Part shown: one piece after another, positions 25,066 through 34,826 of the stretch
Layout of the letters: every line of letters begins with the position of its first letter
Numbering within the stretch: position 1 is the first letter of the stretch
NCBI GenBank assembly: GCA_937915175.1
Contig: CALDNA010000066.1
Span: forward strand, 2,994-66,993
Length of the DNA stretch: 64,000 nucleotides
Origin: an uncultured euryarchaeote
Lineage (GTDB): Archaea; Thermoplasmatota; Poseidoniia; Poseidoniales; Poseidoniaceae
Direction of reading: 5' to 3'
The notes under the pieces: model-generated
Seen by the model: only the letters and a program-made list of their open reading frames with translations
Databases searched by the model: none
Told to the model about the DNA's origin: nothing
Made by a program: the position numbers and the translations under genes

Positions 25066-25950
25066 ATGAGTAACATGATTTCTGAAAAGTTTTCACGAAC
25101 AACGAGCCTGCTTTTAATTGCCACATTTGCCCTCGCTATGGCATCCACAGTTTCTGCTGCGGACATCGTACCGGGCGAAATGGGCGATAACGGACTACCC
25201 GCCTTCCTTTCGGACGGCGCAGATGATGGTCTGCAAACATTGACCTTCTTCCTCTTCTTTGTCGGATACATCGCCATGGGCGCTGCTTTCGTCTTCTTCA
25301 TGAGTGAGCGAAGCAACGTTGCACCTGAATACCGAACCACAATGACCATCTCGGCATTGATTGTTGGTATCGCTGCATTCCACTACTACTACATGCGTGG
25401 AGTCTACGCCGATTTCGGCGAAGTCTCTGTTGAGTACCGGTACATGGATTGGATCATTACGGTTCCATTGATGGCACTCAAGTTCCCTTCCCTCGTTGGC
25501 AAGGCCGCAATCACTGACAAGAAAGTTGCAGGACTCGGATTCACTGGAATCTGTTTCACTGGTGCTCTTATCATGATTGGATTCGGATACGCTGGTGAAG
25601 CTGGCTTGATGAACGGCATCGTCGCACTCCTCCTCGGTGGAATGGGATGGGCCATGATTATCGTTGCAACTGGAACCCCATGGTCTTCTGGACTTGGTGT
25701 TGACAACAGCAAGATTGCACCTGAACTCATGTGGAGCGCAAACGCACTCCGCTGGTTCATCGTCGTCGGCTGGATCATCTACCCTCTCGGCTACCTCTTC
25801 AGCCCTGAAGTCGCACTCATTGAGATGGACAACGGAGCAGAAATGATGGCAGTTGCTTACAACGTTGCAGACATCATCAACAAGATCGGTTTCGGTATTG
25901 TTGCATGGATGGGTGCTAAGAAAGCAACCGAAGCACTTGCTGCTGAGTGA
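25066..25950 (+). CDS. Proteorhodopsin-family microbial rhodopsin (D-T-K motif; Met at spectral tuning position)
   Basis: YRYMDWIITVPLMALKF aligns with proteorhodopsin FRYIDWLLTVPLLICEF. AAFHYYYMRG holds the conserved His. ADIINKIGFG holds the Schiff-base Lys (codon 25882-25884). N-terminal signal-like LLLIATFALAMASTVSA. Confidence 0.9.
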   Translation: MSNMISEKFSRTTSLLLIATFALAMASTVSAADIVPGEMGDNGLPAFLSDGADDGLQTLTFFLFFVGYIAMGAAFVFFMSERSNVAPEYRTTMTISALIVGIAAFHYYYMRGVYADFGEVSVEYRYMDWIITVPLMALKFPSLVGKAAITDKKVAGLGFTGICFTGALIMIGFGYAGEAGLMNGIVALLLGGMGWAMIIVATGTPWSSGLGVDNSKIAPELMWSANALRWFIVVGWIIYPLGYLFSPEVALIEMDNGAEMMAVAYNVADIINKIGFGIVAWMGAKKATEALAAE

Positions 25951-25953
25951 AGC

Positions 25954-26994
25954 CTAACGCTTCACAAGCCACGCTAAGGCGTGCTCAATGTCCCTGCGTG
26001 GGGCCAATCGGCCCCACGCATTGGCAATGGGTATCCACATTACCGTGTACATGACAATTACTGCCATTGAATGCCATACGCTGAATGAATATGATTCATC
26101 GAGGGCATGGAACAAGCCAATTGGAATGAAGTGAATCAGGTAAACGCTCAGAGAGCGCTTACTGAGGTGCTCAAGCCCACGAATGGTGATGTTCTGTACG
26201 ATCAACCAGATGAGCGCTACACCAGTGATCGCTGCGACCAAAAACGGAGCGTTCGCTGGAAAGAACGTAAGCATGGCATCCCCCGTAGGCGCCGCCCAAT
26301 CAAGTTCGTTATGGAAGGCATAGACAAGAGTGAATGCGCAGCAGGCTAGACCTCCAGATACCAATGCGAGTGAATGAGGGTTCTGCGGATAGCTTTTCTC
26401 ATGACCCCCTTGGATTCCAATCCAGGCACCAAGCATGGCAAACACAACCCATGGAACAACTGGATAAGTCCCTGTGAGCAAGGCGTGCTCAAACCACTGA
26501 CCTACCCCGTTTGTTGTGATCCTGCTGCTCCAATCACTTGGACCCATGAAGGTTGAACAAAAAGTCGCAAACAGAAGCATTGCGGCAAAAACCAACAAAA
26601 ATATCCGGTGGCTTTTTTCTTGATTGATTTGGAGTGGCTTCAACCATAGAGGTTGGAAAAGGATTAGCGCCCCAAACAGGGTGAGCACGCCCGGGGAAAA
26701 CGGGTCGAACAAATGCGGGGATGAGAGATTGATTGCTGTTTGAGCAACAAAAAAGAACGAGGCGCGGATCATCCTTTGCTTCGCAGTTGAAGTTCCTCGA
26801 ACGCACCCCCAGCCAAACACCGTCACGAACAATGGAGCAGCAAGGCCACCCATGCCGGACACAATGTAAACCAGCAACGAAGGCTGAGTGGTCGAAGGAG
26901 GCCCCCATGTTGCCGCAGCGTGAACCATCACCATCAGCAAGACGGCGATGGCCCGAATCGAATCGATGTGTTCGATTCGTTGGTTCACTGGCAC
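25954..26994 (-). CDS. Polytopic membrane protein, acyltransferase-3 / DUF1624 (heparan-alpha-glucosaminide N-acetyltransferase-like) family
   Basis: RIEHIDSIRAIAVLLMVMVHAA start pattern and about 10 TM helices. Confidence 0.5.
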   Translation of the reverse strand: MPVNQRIEHIDSIRAIAVLLMVMVHAAATWGPPSTTQPSLLVYIVSGMGGLAAPLFVTVFGWGCVRGTSTAKQRMIRASFFFVAQTAINLSSPHLFDPFSPGVLTLFGALILFQPLWLKPLQINQEKSHRIFLLVFAAMLLFATFCSTFMGPSDWSSRITTNGVGQWFEHALLTGTYPVVPWVVFAMLGAWIGIQGGHEKSYPQNPHSLALVSGGLACCAFTLVYAFHNELDWAAPTGDAMLTFFPANAPFLVAAITGVALIWLIVQNITIRGLEHLSKRSLSVYLIHFIPIGLFHALDESYSFSVWHSMAVIVMYTVMWIPIANAWGRLAPRRDIEHALAWLVKR

Positions 26995-26997
26995 CCC

Positions 26998-27849
26998 TCA
27001 GAGGTTGGCTTTAACGTACTCAACGGCGTTGCGGAACATCTGAAGGCCTTCGCCTTCCCATGCGCCCAGTGCATCGCTATGCTCAGGACCAGGGGCCGTG
27101 TTTCGAGTGTGGTCAGGATGAAGCCACTTTGCATAAACCGCCTCGGGGTGAGGCATGAGTCCAAACACGAGACCTGTTGCATCACAAACGCCGGCAATGT
27201 TGCGCATGCTGCCGTTTGGAGAAAGTGGGAACGGCAAAGGTTCGTCAGTCATACCTGCCCCGACTTCTGAGGTTGGGTCGACGTATCGCACGGTCAATTG
27301 ATGACCATCATGAAGGGCGTCAAAATCGGTAGTCGAAGGCATGACGAACTTACCTTCGCCGTGGCGAACTGGGCAGTCCATTCGAGTCATACCCTTTGTC
27401 CAGATGCACGGGCTCTCTGCATCGAATTCGAGGGTCACCCATCGATCTTCATAACGGCCTGAATCGTTGAGTGTGAGGCTGGCTCGTTGAACGAAATCTG
27501 GTAGCGGAGCGTTTGGCCCGGGGAGAAGGCCCGTCTTGACGAGGACTTGAAATCCGTTGCAAATGCCGATAATGGGTTTGCCCGCTGCAACAAAGGCATG
27601 AAGTTGGTCGCGCAACGCAAATCGCATTCTGTTACCCATTAAGCGGCCACTTCCCAAGTGGTCGCCGAAAGAAAAACCGCCTGGAACGGCCAGGATTTGA
27701 AATTCTTCCATAGAACGGTCGCCAGAAATGAAATGGTTGACGTGGACGCGTTCTGCGTCCCCACCTACAAGGTTGAACACTGCCGCAGTCTCGTGATCGC
27801 AGTTGATACCGAAACCAAACAACACCGCTACTTTTGGTACTGACATCAC
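26998..27849 (-). CDS. purQ: Phosphoribosylformylglycinamidine synthase I (glutaminase subunit)
   Basis: IIGICNGFQVLVKTGLLPG (nucleophile Cys) and MPHPE (His/Glu). 4-nt overlap with purL. Confidence 0.88.
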   Translation of the reverse strand: MMSVPKVAVLFGFGINCDHETAAVFNLVGGDAERVHVNHFISGDRSMEEFQILAVPGGFSFGDHLGSGRLMGNRMRFALRDQLHAFVAAGKPIIGICNGFQVLVKTGLLPGPNAPLPDFVQRASLTLNDSGRYEDRWVTLEFDAESPCIWTKGMTRMDCPVRHGEGKFVMPSTTDFDALHDGHQLTVRYVDPTSEVGAGMTDEPLPFPLSPNGSMRNIAGVCDATGLVFGLMPHPEAVYAKWLHPDHTRNTAPGPEHSDALGAWEGEGLQMFRNAVEYVKANL

Positions 27850-30800
27850 TCAACACCTCCCGTCATGTCGAGCGCCCCTTGCCATGAAGCGACCATGGCA
27901 TCAACCCGAGTCGAGACAATTTCCTCGAACCCGTCATTGATGGTGAGGGTGTTGTTATCGACTGCGTCACCAAGAAGGGTGAGGGGGTGGCCTGACATCC
28001 ATTGAACGAACTCGGTTTCTTTGGAAGGGTTCACCGCCACAACAAAGCGGCCAAGTGATTCGCCCCAGAGACGAGCCCACAGGCTCTCGTCGCCTGTGCC
28101 GTCTAGATCAATTGTAGCGCCAAGGCGCCCTCCGATGCACATTTCAGCAACAGCAACGCCAACGCCGCCCTCGGAACAATCGTGAGCCGTCTGAATCAAT
28201 CCGTTTTGAATCGCTTGGGAAAGGGCTCGGTAGATGTTGAGGTTGCGTTCTGGGTGGGCAAGTTGCGGGGGGGTCCCTCCGATGCCTTCCACAGTGCCGT
28301 TTTCCTTGAGCATGAACGCAATTTCAGATGCGCCAAGTTCCTCATGAGATCGCCCAACGAGGTAAAGACGGTCGCCTGCTTGCTTGAGATCGCTCGTAGC
28401 GGTAAATCGCACATCCGGCTGATCACCGAACAAAGAGAACAGAAGTGTGGGTGGGATTGAAATTTTCTTTTCTCCAGTCCCATAGTCGTTCTTCATCGAG
28501 TCTTTTCCACTCACGCAAGGCAATCGGTATGCGCGACAAACGCGTTCCAGTTCTCGATTGGCACGAACGAGTTGAGCAAGTTTGAACTTCCCATCAGGAG
28601 TTTTGACCGATTCAATCGAATCGGGCCAGCAGAAGTTGTCAAGTCCTGCAATCTTATCCACGTCAACACCAGCACACACTGCGTTTCGAACCGCTTCGTC
28701 TATCGATGCTGCTGCCATTGCTCCCGCATCAATGTCTGAGTAACGAGGGGCAATGCCGCAAGAGATGACGATGCCGTGAGGATCGCCGTGAATCGGAGCG
28801 ATAAGCCCTGCATCACCAGGACCGTCTCGCTTCACACCGACGAAGGGTTTGATTGCCGTTTGAGCAATGACTTCGTGGTCGTACTGACGGACCCATGTTT
28901 CCTTGCTGGCGATGTTCGGGCGAGCAAGCATGTCGATCAAGAGGGTGGAGTGATCTGCGGCCTCAGGAGCGATGAAGTCGACGACTTGAGGAGGAATCCA
29001 TTCGGATTCGAGCTGCAGTTGGGGTACGCCGTCATGGAGGAACTCAATCGGTAGGTAGGCGACCGTTGCCGCTTCGTACTTGACGTGAAACACACCGGAA
29101 TCGGTGAACGTTGCCACCGGGGTTGCCTCGACTTCATGCAATGCAGCAAGGGCGTCAAAAGCGGCACAATCTTCAGCCTTGACAGCCACAGTCATACGTT
29201 CTTGGCTTTCTGAAACCAAAATTTCCCACGCCGATAGGCCTGCCTGCTTGAGGGGTACCTTAGCCAGATCGATTTCACACCCATTGGTGTATGAGGCCAT
29301 TTCTCCAATCGAAGAGGACAGCCCGCCTGCGCCGTTGTCGGTGATGCATGTGATCAAGCAGGTGTCGCGCGCTTCAAGGATCATATCAATCATTTTTTTC
29401 TGTGTGATGGGGTCGCCAATTTGAACGGCACTGGACGGGGATTCCTCGGTCAGTTCAAGCGAAGAGAACGTAGCCCCGTGTATGCCATCATAGCCAACTT
29501 TGCCCCCAACCATGTAGACGATGTCGCCAGCTACAGGGGTCTTGATGTGGCTTTCCCGGCCATCGGGCAGACGCCGGGGCATGATGCCCACCGTGCCGCA
29601 GTAAACGAGGGGTTTTCCGATGTAACGGTCGTCAAACACGATCGCCCCGTTCACAGTAGGGATGCCTGATTCATTGCCACCCACGCGGACGCCTGCGTGG
29701 ACGCCGCGCAGAACGCGGGATGGATGGAACAGGTTGTCTGGAAGATTGCCTTCCCAGTCTGGTGGTCCAAAGCAAAACACATCTGTGTTTGCAATTGGGC
29801 GCGCACCGAGGCCCGTGCCGAGGATGTCGCGATTAACGCCGACGATGCCCGTCATGGCCCCACCATAGGGGTCGAGTGCAGATGGAGAATTGTGAGTCTC
29901 GGCTTTCATACAGATGCTCCATTCGTCATCCCATGCAATGACGCCGGAGTTGTCATGGAACACTGAGAGCAACCAATCTACTTCTTTTTGCATGTCATGG
30001 GTTGGTTTCATGATGTGCGTCTTGAAAATCGAATCAATAACGGCTTCTTCGCCCGTCACGGTGTCGATGTGATGAATTTTCGAAGCGAAAATCTTGTGTT
30101 TGCAGTGTTCGCTCCACGTTTGCGCTAAGCATTCGAGTTCAACATCGGTTGGGGCATCGGGGACAATGCCGACAGCTGTGCGGGCAGCTCGCACCTCTGC
30201 ATCTCGATAGTGCCCTTGGATGGTTTGCATTTCTTCGAGGTTGAGAGCCAGAAGGCCTGTTTCTGAGAGATTGATGAGTGCCTCGTCGGGGATTTCCATG
30301 TCAACGTGAAGTGGGGCCTCGAATTCCTGGGCTGGTTTTTCGGTGTACTCGATTGCTGGCCATTCTGAGGCAGCGCAGGCTGCGCGATCTGCGGTAAGCG
30401 CTCGTTCAATCAAGTTATTGTGCAGAGTTTTGGCAAGCCAATGGGCATCCACTTCCTCTGATAGACCGAAGAAAGCGTAAGTGATGTAGGTGGATATTGA
30501 AGCGATGCCGGCGTTTGGAAAAATTGTTCGGAAGCCATCGAGTGCTGCGGTTCCTGGGTTGTCTGTTACGCCCGCTTTGAACCCGACCGTCACAACGGTG
30601 GAAGGAGCGGTAGGAAACCGCTCTTTGTTGGTAAGAAGTAGGGTGTTGGTTGCAGCGTCTTCGATGATTGGATCGGCGAAGAGGTCGTCAACGCGAGTCG
30701 CAATAGCCTCACCATCGATGTCCGACTTAATCAAAAAGCCAACAATGCTTCGAATTTCGGAGACGGAAATGTTGTGATCTGCAGCCAGTTGTCTACGAAC

Positions 30801-30878
30801 AACATCGCCACGAACATCGCGCATACCAGGTCCTTGTTTTGGCGTCACTTCGACACGGGTTATGGCCATGGGGTTCAC
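27846..30878 (-). CDS. purL: Phosphoribosylformylglycinamidine synthase II with about 200-aa N-terminal extension (possible PurS-like fusion)
   Basis: ETHNSPSALDPYGGAMTGIVGVNRDILG, the duplicated AIR-synthase-like fold and adjacency to purQ. At 1010 aa it is longer than stand-alone PurL (about 700-750 aa, from memory). Confidence 0.9.
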   Translation of the reverse strand: MNPMAITRVEVTPKQGPGMRDVRGDVVRRQLAADHNISVSEIRSIVGFLIKSDIDGEAIATRVDDLFADPIIEDAATNTLLLTNKERFPTAPSTVVTVGFKAGVTDNPGTAALDGFRTIFPNAGIASISTYITYAFFGLSEEVDAHWLAKTLHNNLIERALTADRAACAASEWPAIEYTEKPAQEFEAPLHVDMEIPDEALINLSETGLLALNLEEMQTIQGHYRDAEVRAARTAVGIVPDAPTDVELECLAQTWSEHCKHKIFASKIHHIDTVTGEEAVIDSIFKTHIMKPTHDMQKEVDWLLSVFHDNSGVIAWDDEWSICMKAETHNSPSALDPYGGAMTGIVGVNRDILGTGLGARPIANTDVFCFGPPDWEGNLPDNLFHPSRVLRGVHAGVRVGGNESGIPTVNGAIVFDDRYIGKPLVYCGTVGIMPRRLPDGRESHIKTPVAGDIVYMVGGKVGYDGIHGATFSSLELTEESPSSAVQIGDPITQKKMIDMILEARDTCLITCITDNGAGGLSSSIGEMASYTNGCEIDLAKVPLKQAGLSAWEILVSESQERMTVAVKAEDCAAFDALAALHEVEATPVATFTDSGVFHVKYEAATVAYLPIEFLHDGVPQLQLESEWIPPQVVDFIAPEAADHSTLLIDMLARPNIASKETWVRQYDHEVIAQTAIKPFVGVKRDGPGDAGLIAPIHGDPHGIVISCGIAPRYSDIDAGAMAAASIDEAVRNAVCAGVDVDKIAGLDNFCWPDSIESVKTPDGKFKLAQLVRANRELERVCRAYRLPCVSGKDSMKNDYGTGEKKISIPPTLLFSLFGDQPDVRFTATSDLKQAGDRLYLVGRSHEELGASEIAFMLKENGTVEGIGGTPPQLAHPERNLNIYRALSQAIQNGLIQTAHDCSEGGVGVAVAEMCIGGRLGATIDLDGTGDESLWARLWGESLGRFVVAVNPSKETEFVQWMSGHPLTLLGDAVDNNTLTINDGFEEIVSTRVDAMVASWQGALDMTGGVE

Positions 30879-30939
30879 CGCCCCCTACGGGGGCGCACTG
30901 ACTGCCGTTGCCTGCGACCTTTGAACAATACGGAAGCAT

Positions 30940-33879
30940 TCAAGGAAGCATTTTTGCCAAAAATTGGCCTGTAAAACTTTCTTCACAGGCTGCAATGTCT
31001 TCTGGTGTGCCTTCTACCAAGATCATTCCGCCTCGTTCTCCGCCTTCTGGGCCAAGGTCAATCACCCAGTCCGCCGACTTCACCACATCGAGGTGATGTT
31101 CGATGACAATAACGGTGTGACCTTTGGTTCTGAGTTCAAGCAAGACCTCGATGAGCAGTTGAACATCCGAGAAGGAAAGCCCGGTTGTTGGCTCGTCGAG
31201 AATGTACACCGTGTGCTTCGTTGGAGGCCTTCTTAATTCGCTTGCCAGTTTCACTCGTTGCGCCTCTCCACCGGACAGGGTGGTCGCTGGTTGACCAAGC
31301 CTCACGTAGGAAAGTCCGACCAAACGGAGGGTGTCGAGGGTGCGGAATATTTTCCGATGATTGGAAAAGAATTCGACAGCTTCGCCGATTGGCATTTGGA
31401 GAATTTCGTGGATGTTCTTGCCTTTCCATGTGACCTCGAGGCACTCCCGAGTGTAGCGTTTCCCGTTGCAAATGTCGCAAGTGATCCAAACGTCAGGAAG
31501 GAAGTTCATTTCGAGTTTAATGGAGCCTGCGCCCTTGCATGACTCACACCGGCCGCCCTTGACGTTGAAGCTGAAGGTTCCCGGTGTGTAGCCTCGTTCC
31601 TTAGCGAGCGTTGTTTTCGAAAACAAACTGCGAATTTCGTCGAAGACTTTGGTGTAGGTTGCGGGGTTTGAACGAGGCGTCCTTCCAATTGGGGACTGGT
31701 CGATGATGATGGCTTTGTCCGTGTATTCTAGCCCCTTCAGTTCTCGGTGCTTGCCTGGAACCGTGTCTGCATTGTGGAGGTGGCGCTGCAGCACTGGGGC
31801 GAGGATGCCTGACACGAGTGAGGATTTGCCTGAGCCCGAAACACCTGTAACAGCAGTCATGCAACCGATTGGGAACGAAGCCGTGATGTTTTGCAGGTTG
31901 TTATGTGAAGCACCTTTGACAACCAGTCGCTTGCGACCGGCTTTGGTTCGCTTTTCTGGAATTGGGATGCTTCGCCTTCCGCTGAGGTATGCGCCTGTGA
32001 CGGATTCTTCCGCAGCCATGGCCACTTCTGGAGGGCCGTTTGCAACAATGGTCCCGCCTTCAAGCCCGGCCCCGGGCCCAAGGTCACACAACCAATCTGC
32101 TTGACGCAGGGTGTCTTCGTCGTGTTCGACGACGATCAGGGTGTTGCCGAGGTCGCTGAGTTCGCGAAGGGTTGCGAGCAGGCGTTCATTGTCCCGTTGG
32201 TGCAAGCCAATTGATGGCTCATCAAGGACATACATCACGCCGGTTAGGCGGCTTCCAATTTGTGTTGCAAGGCGTATGCGCTGGCTTTCGCCCCCAGACA
32301 AGGTGTTTGCTTTTCGGTCAAGTGTGAGGTAGTCAAGTCCAACGCTATCGAGGAAACCAAGCCTGTTTTCAATCTCCTTGAGAATTTCTGTTCCAATGAA
32401 CATGCTTCGCTCGTCGAGTGGTTCGAGTGAATCCGCGAAGTATTCAGGGGCGCCGGGTCCATCTGGCGACCATGCCTTCACCACGGAGAGTGCGTCGTGA
32501 ACTGAGCAGTGGCTGACTTCAGGTAAACGGATGCCACCCACAGAAACGTAGCGGGCAGCGGCGTTGAGTTTTTCCCCGTGGCATTCACTGCAATCGAGAT
32601 CGGTCATGCAGGAAATCAAGCGGGAGCGTGTGCGTTCAGAAGTGGTCTCCGTGTAGGTGCGCTGCAGACGAGCGATGATGCCTTCCCACGGCCTGTTCAT
32701 TTTGTAGACTGAACCGTTATCTGACTCGAAATGGAAGTTGATGACCGTGGAACCTGAGCCGTTGAGGAGGATGTCTTTGTCATCGTCTTCAAGCATCTCA
32801 AAGGGGGTGTTTTTCGGAATCCTGTAGTGCTCGCACACTTGTTCCATCAGCCTTCTGTACCACGATGGTGACATGGATTGACGCCATGGGCGAACGCATC
32901 CATTGCTAATCGTTAGGGTCCCATCGATGATGAGTTCAGTGTTAAATTGACGTTGAACGCCCAAGCCTTGGCACGCTCCACACGCCCCAAGTGGAGAGTT
33001 GAACGAAAAGACACGGGGGGAGAGTTCGGGCATGAACGCCCCGTGTTCAGGGCAAGCAAAATCCTCTGACCAGGCCACGGTTTCACCAACTTGGGTGATC
33101 CATGCTTTGGTGCCTTCTGAGAGTTCAGCGTCTTCTGCTGGGCCCTCTAGGCTCTCAATTGCGGTCGCCCCCCCGCCGAGGCGAAGGGAACTTTCCACCG
33201 CTTCCGTCAACCGTTGCCGGCGGTCCCTTGTGCAACGCAGACGGTCGATCCTCACGTCGATGTCATGGCGGAAATTCTTGTCGAGTTCCGGTGGTGACTC
33301 GAATCCAACTTCGTGGCCGTTGACCTTGCCATGTAGGAAACCTTGCTCAACAAGCTGGCGAAATAAATCCGCGTGGGTCCCCTTGCGCGCACGAACGGCT
33401 GGGGCCCAAATGGCGATTGCGTGGCCTTCCATGTGCCACAGCACATCGTCGACGATTTCTTGTACCGTTCTTCGAGCCACTTCTCTGCCACAGGTTGGGC
33501 AGTGTGGTTTGCCAATTCGAGCCCAAAGTAAGCGCAAATAGTCTTGGATTTCTGTGACCGTTGCCACGGTAGAGCGGGGGTTATGCGACCCTTGTTTTTG
33601 ATCGATAGAAATGGCGGGTGAAAGGCCTTCAATACCGTCGCAGTCTGCTTTTTTCATCTGCCCGATAAATTGCCTTGCGTAGGAAGAAAGGCTTTCCACA
33701 TACCTGCGCTGTCCTTCAGCGTAAAGGGTGTCGAAAGCGAGGCTTGATTTGCCCGATCCTGAAACTCCAGAAATAACGACGAATTGGCCGCGTGGCAACT
33801 TGACATTGATGTCCTGAAGGTTGTGTGTTCGGGCGCCCCGAACTTCAATCCAACCATGATCACCCGCATCGCCGCTCAT
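30940..33879 (-). CDS. uvrA: Excinuclease ABC subunit A
   Basis: VISGVSGSGKSSLAFDTLYAEGQRRYVESLS, a second Walker A VTGVSGSGKSSLV, two LSGGE signatures and zinc-module cysteines. Confidence 0.95.
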   Translation of the reverse strand: MSGDAGDHGWIEVRGARTHNLQDINVKLPRGQFVVISGVSGSGKSSLAFDTLYAEGQRRYVESLSSYARQFIGQMKKADCDGIEGLSPAISIDQKQGSHNPRSTVATVTEIQDYLRLLWARIGKPHCPTCGREVARRTVQEIVDDVLWHMEGHAIAIWAPAVRARKGTHADLFRQLVEQGFLHGKVNGHEVGFESPPELDKNFRHDIDVRIDRLRCTRDRRQRLTEAVESSLRLGGGATAIESLEGPAEDAELSEGTKAWITQVGETVAWSEDFACPEHGAFMPELSPRVFSFNSPLGACGACQGLGVQRQFNTELIIDGTLTISNGCVRPWRQSMSPSWYRRLMEQVCEHYRIPKNTPFEMLEDDDKDILLNGSGSTVINFHFESDNGSVYKMNRPWEGIIARLQRTYTETTSERTRSRLISCMTDLDCSECHGEKLNAAARYVSVGGIRLPEVSHCSVHDALSVVKAWSPDGPGAPEYFADSLEPLDERSMFIGTEILKEIENRLGFLDSVGLDYLTLDRKANTLSGGESQRIRLATQIGSRLTGVMYVLDEPSIGLHQRDNERLLATLRELSDLGNTLIVVEHDEDTLRQADWLCDLGPGAGLEGGTIVANGPPEVAMAAEESVTGAYLSGRRSIPIPEKRTKAGRKRLVVKGASHNNLQNITASFPIGCMTAVTGVSGSGKSSLVSGILAPVLQRHLHNADTVPGKHRELKGLEYTDKAIIIDQSPIGRTPRSNPATYTKVFDEIRSLFSKTTLAKERGYTPGTFSFNVKGGRCESCKGAGSIKLEMNFLPDVWITCDICNGKRYTRECLEVTWKGKNIHEILQMPIGEAVEFFSNHRKIFRTLDTLRLVGLSYVRLGQPATTLSGGEAQRVKLASELRRPPTKHTVYILDEPTTGLSFSDVQLLIEVLLELRTKGHTVIVIEHHLDVVKSADWVIDLGPEGGERGGMILVEGTPEDIAACEESFTGQFLAKMLP

Positions 33880-33941
33880 GCTATCGATTCAATGGGCGCG
33901 CCAACAGTTCAAGAAGGCACGCATTCGGAGGCGCTTTTCCC

Positions 33942-34823
33942 TCAATTTGGCATGAAGGGGATTTCCGCTTCAAATCGGACTGGGTCGTCGTTTTCGGGGT
34001 GGAGGAATTCAAGAGCGGTTGCATGCAGTGCGATTCTACTCAGTGGATTTGTTTCTGATCCGTGGAGTTTGTCACCGACCACGGGGCAGTCCAGGGCCTT
34101 CATGGCCATGCGGATTTGATGTCGGCGGCCCGTTTCGATTGTAATGTGAATCAGCGCCACCTCTTCATCGGCGTCTTCGACGGTCCAGTGTGTGATCGCT
34201 TCTTTAGCCCCTTGAAATGAACGTTTGACTTTCTTCACGCGAAGGTTGCGATCTTCAACCAACCACGCTCGTTCTGTACCGTGGTTTAATTCTGGGCGGC
34301 CTTCAACAAGGGCGTGGTAGGTTCGATGGACTTCACGTTGTGCAAATTGATCTTGGAGGTGACTCTTGTACCGTTCATGTCGAGCGAACACCATCACGCC
34401 TGAGGTTTCGCGATCAAGACGATGGACGATGTGGATCCAAGCGCGCTCGTCTTCCAATCGAACATAATTGAGGCACCGGGCGTGAAGGGTGTCGATTTCG
34501 AGTTTATTTGTCGCCACTGAAAGAAGGCCTGCTGGTTTGTTGACAACAAGAATCGCTTTGTCTTCATACAGGATGGTGAGGCGGTGCAACTTCTTTGTTG
34601 AAACCGGGGGTGGAGCTGCTTCTTTTCCTTTGGCTCGATCGGTAACCGCGACAGTTTGCCCAACTTCGAGAGGATGTTTGGCCTTGTGTTGCACCTCGCC
34701 GTCGACTAAGACTCGGCCCTCAGTCAACATTCTACGGATTTTAGCGCGGGTTGTTTCAGAATAGAGCGCTGCGACCGCTTCGAGCAATGTAGTGGCTTTT
34801 GTGACGGTGGTTTCCATGTTCAA
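33942..34823 (-). CDS. RluA-family pseudouridine synthase with N-terminal S4 domain
   Basis: VHRLDRETSGVMVFA catalytic Asp block and HQIRMAM motif. Confidence 0.85.
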   Translation of the reverse strand: MNMETTVTKATTLLEAVAALYSETTRAKIRRMLTEGRVLVDGEVQHKAKHPLEVGQTVAVTDRAKGKEAAPPPVSTKKLHRLTILYEDKAILVVNKPAGLLSVATNKLEIDTLHARCLNYVRLEDERAWIHIVHRLDRETSGVMVFARHERYKSHLQDQFAQREVHRTYHALVEGRPELNHGTERAWLVEDRNLRVKKVKRSFQGAKEAITHWTVEDADEEVALIHITIETGRRHQIRMAMKALDCPVVGDKLHGSETNPLSRIALHATALEFLHPENDDPVRFEAEIPFMPN

Positions 34824-34826
34824 TCC

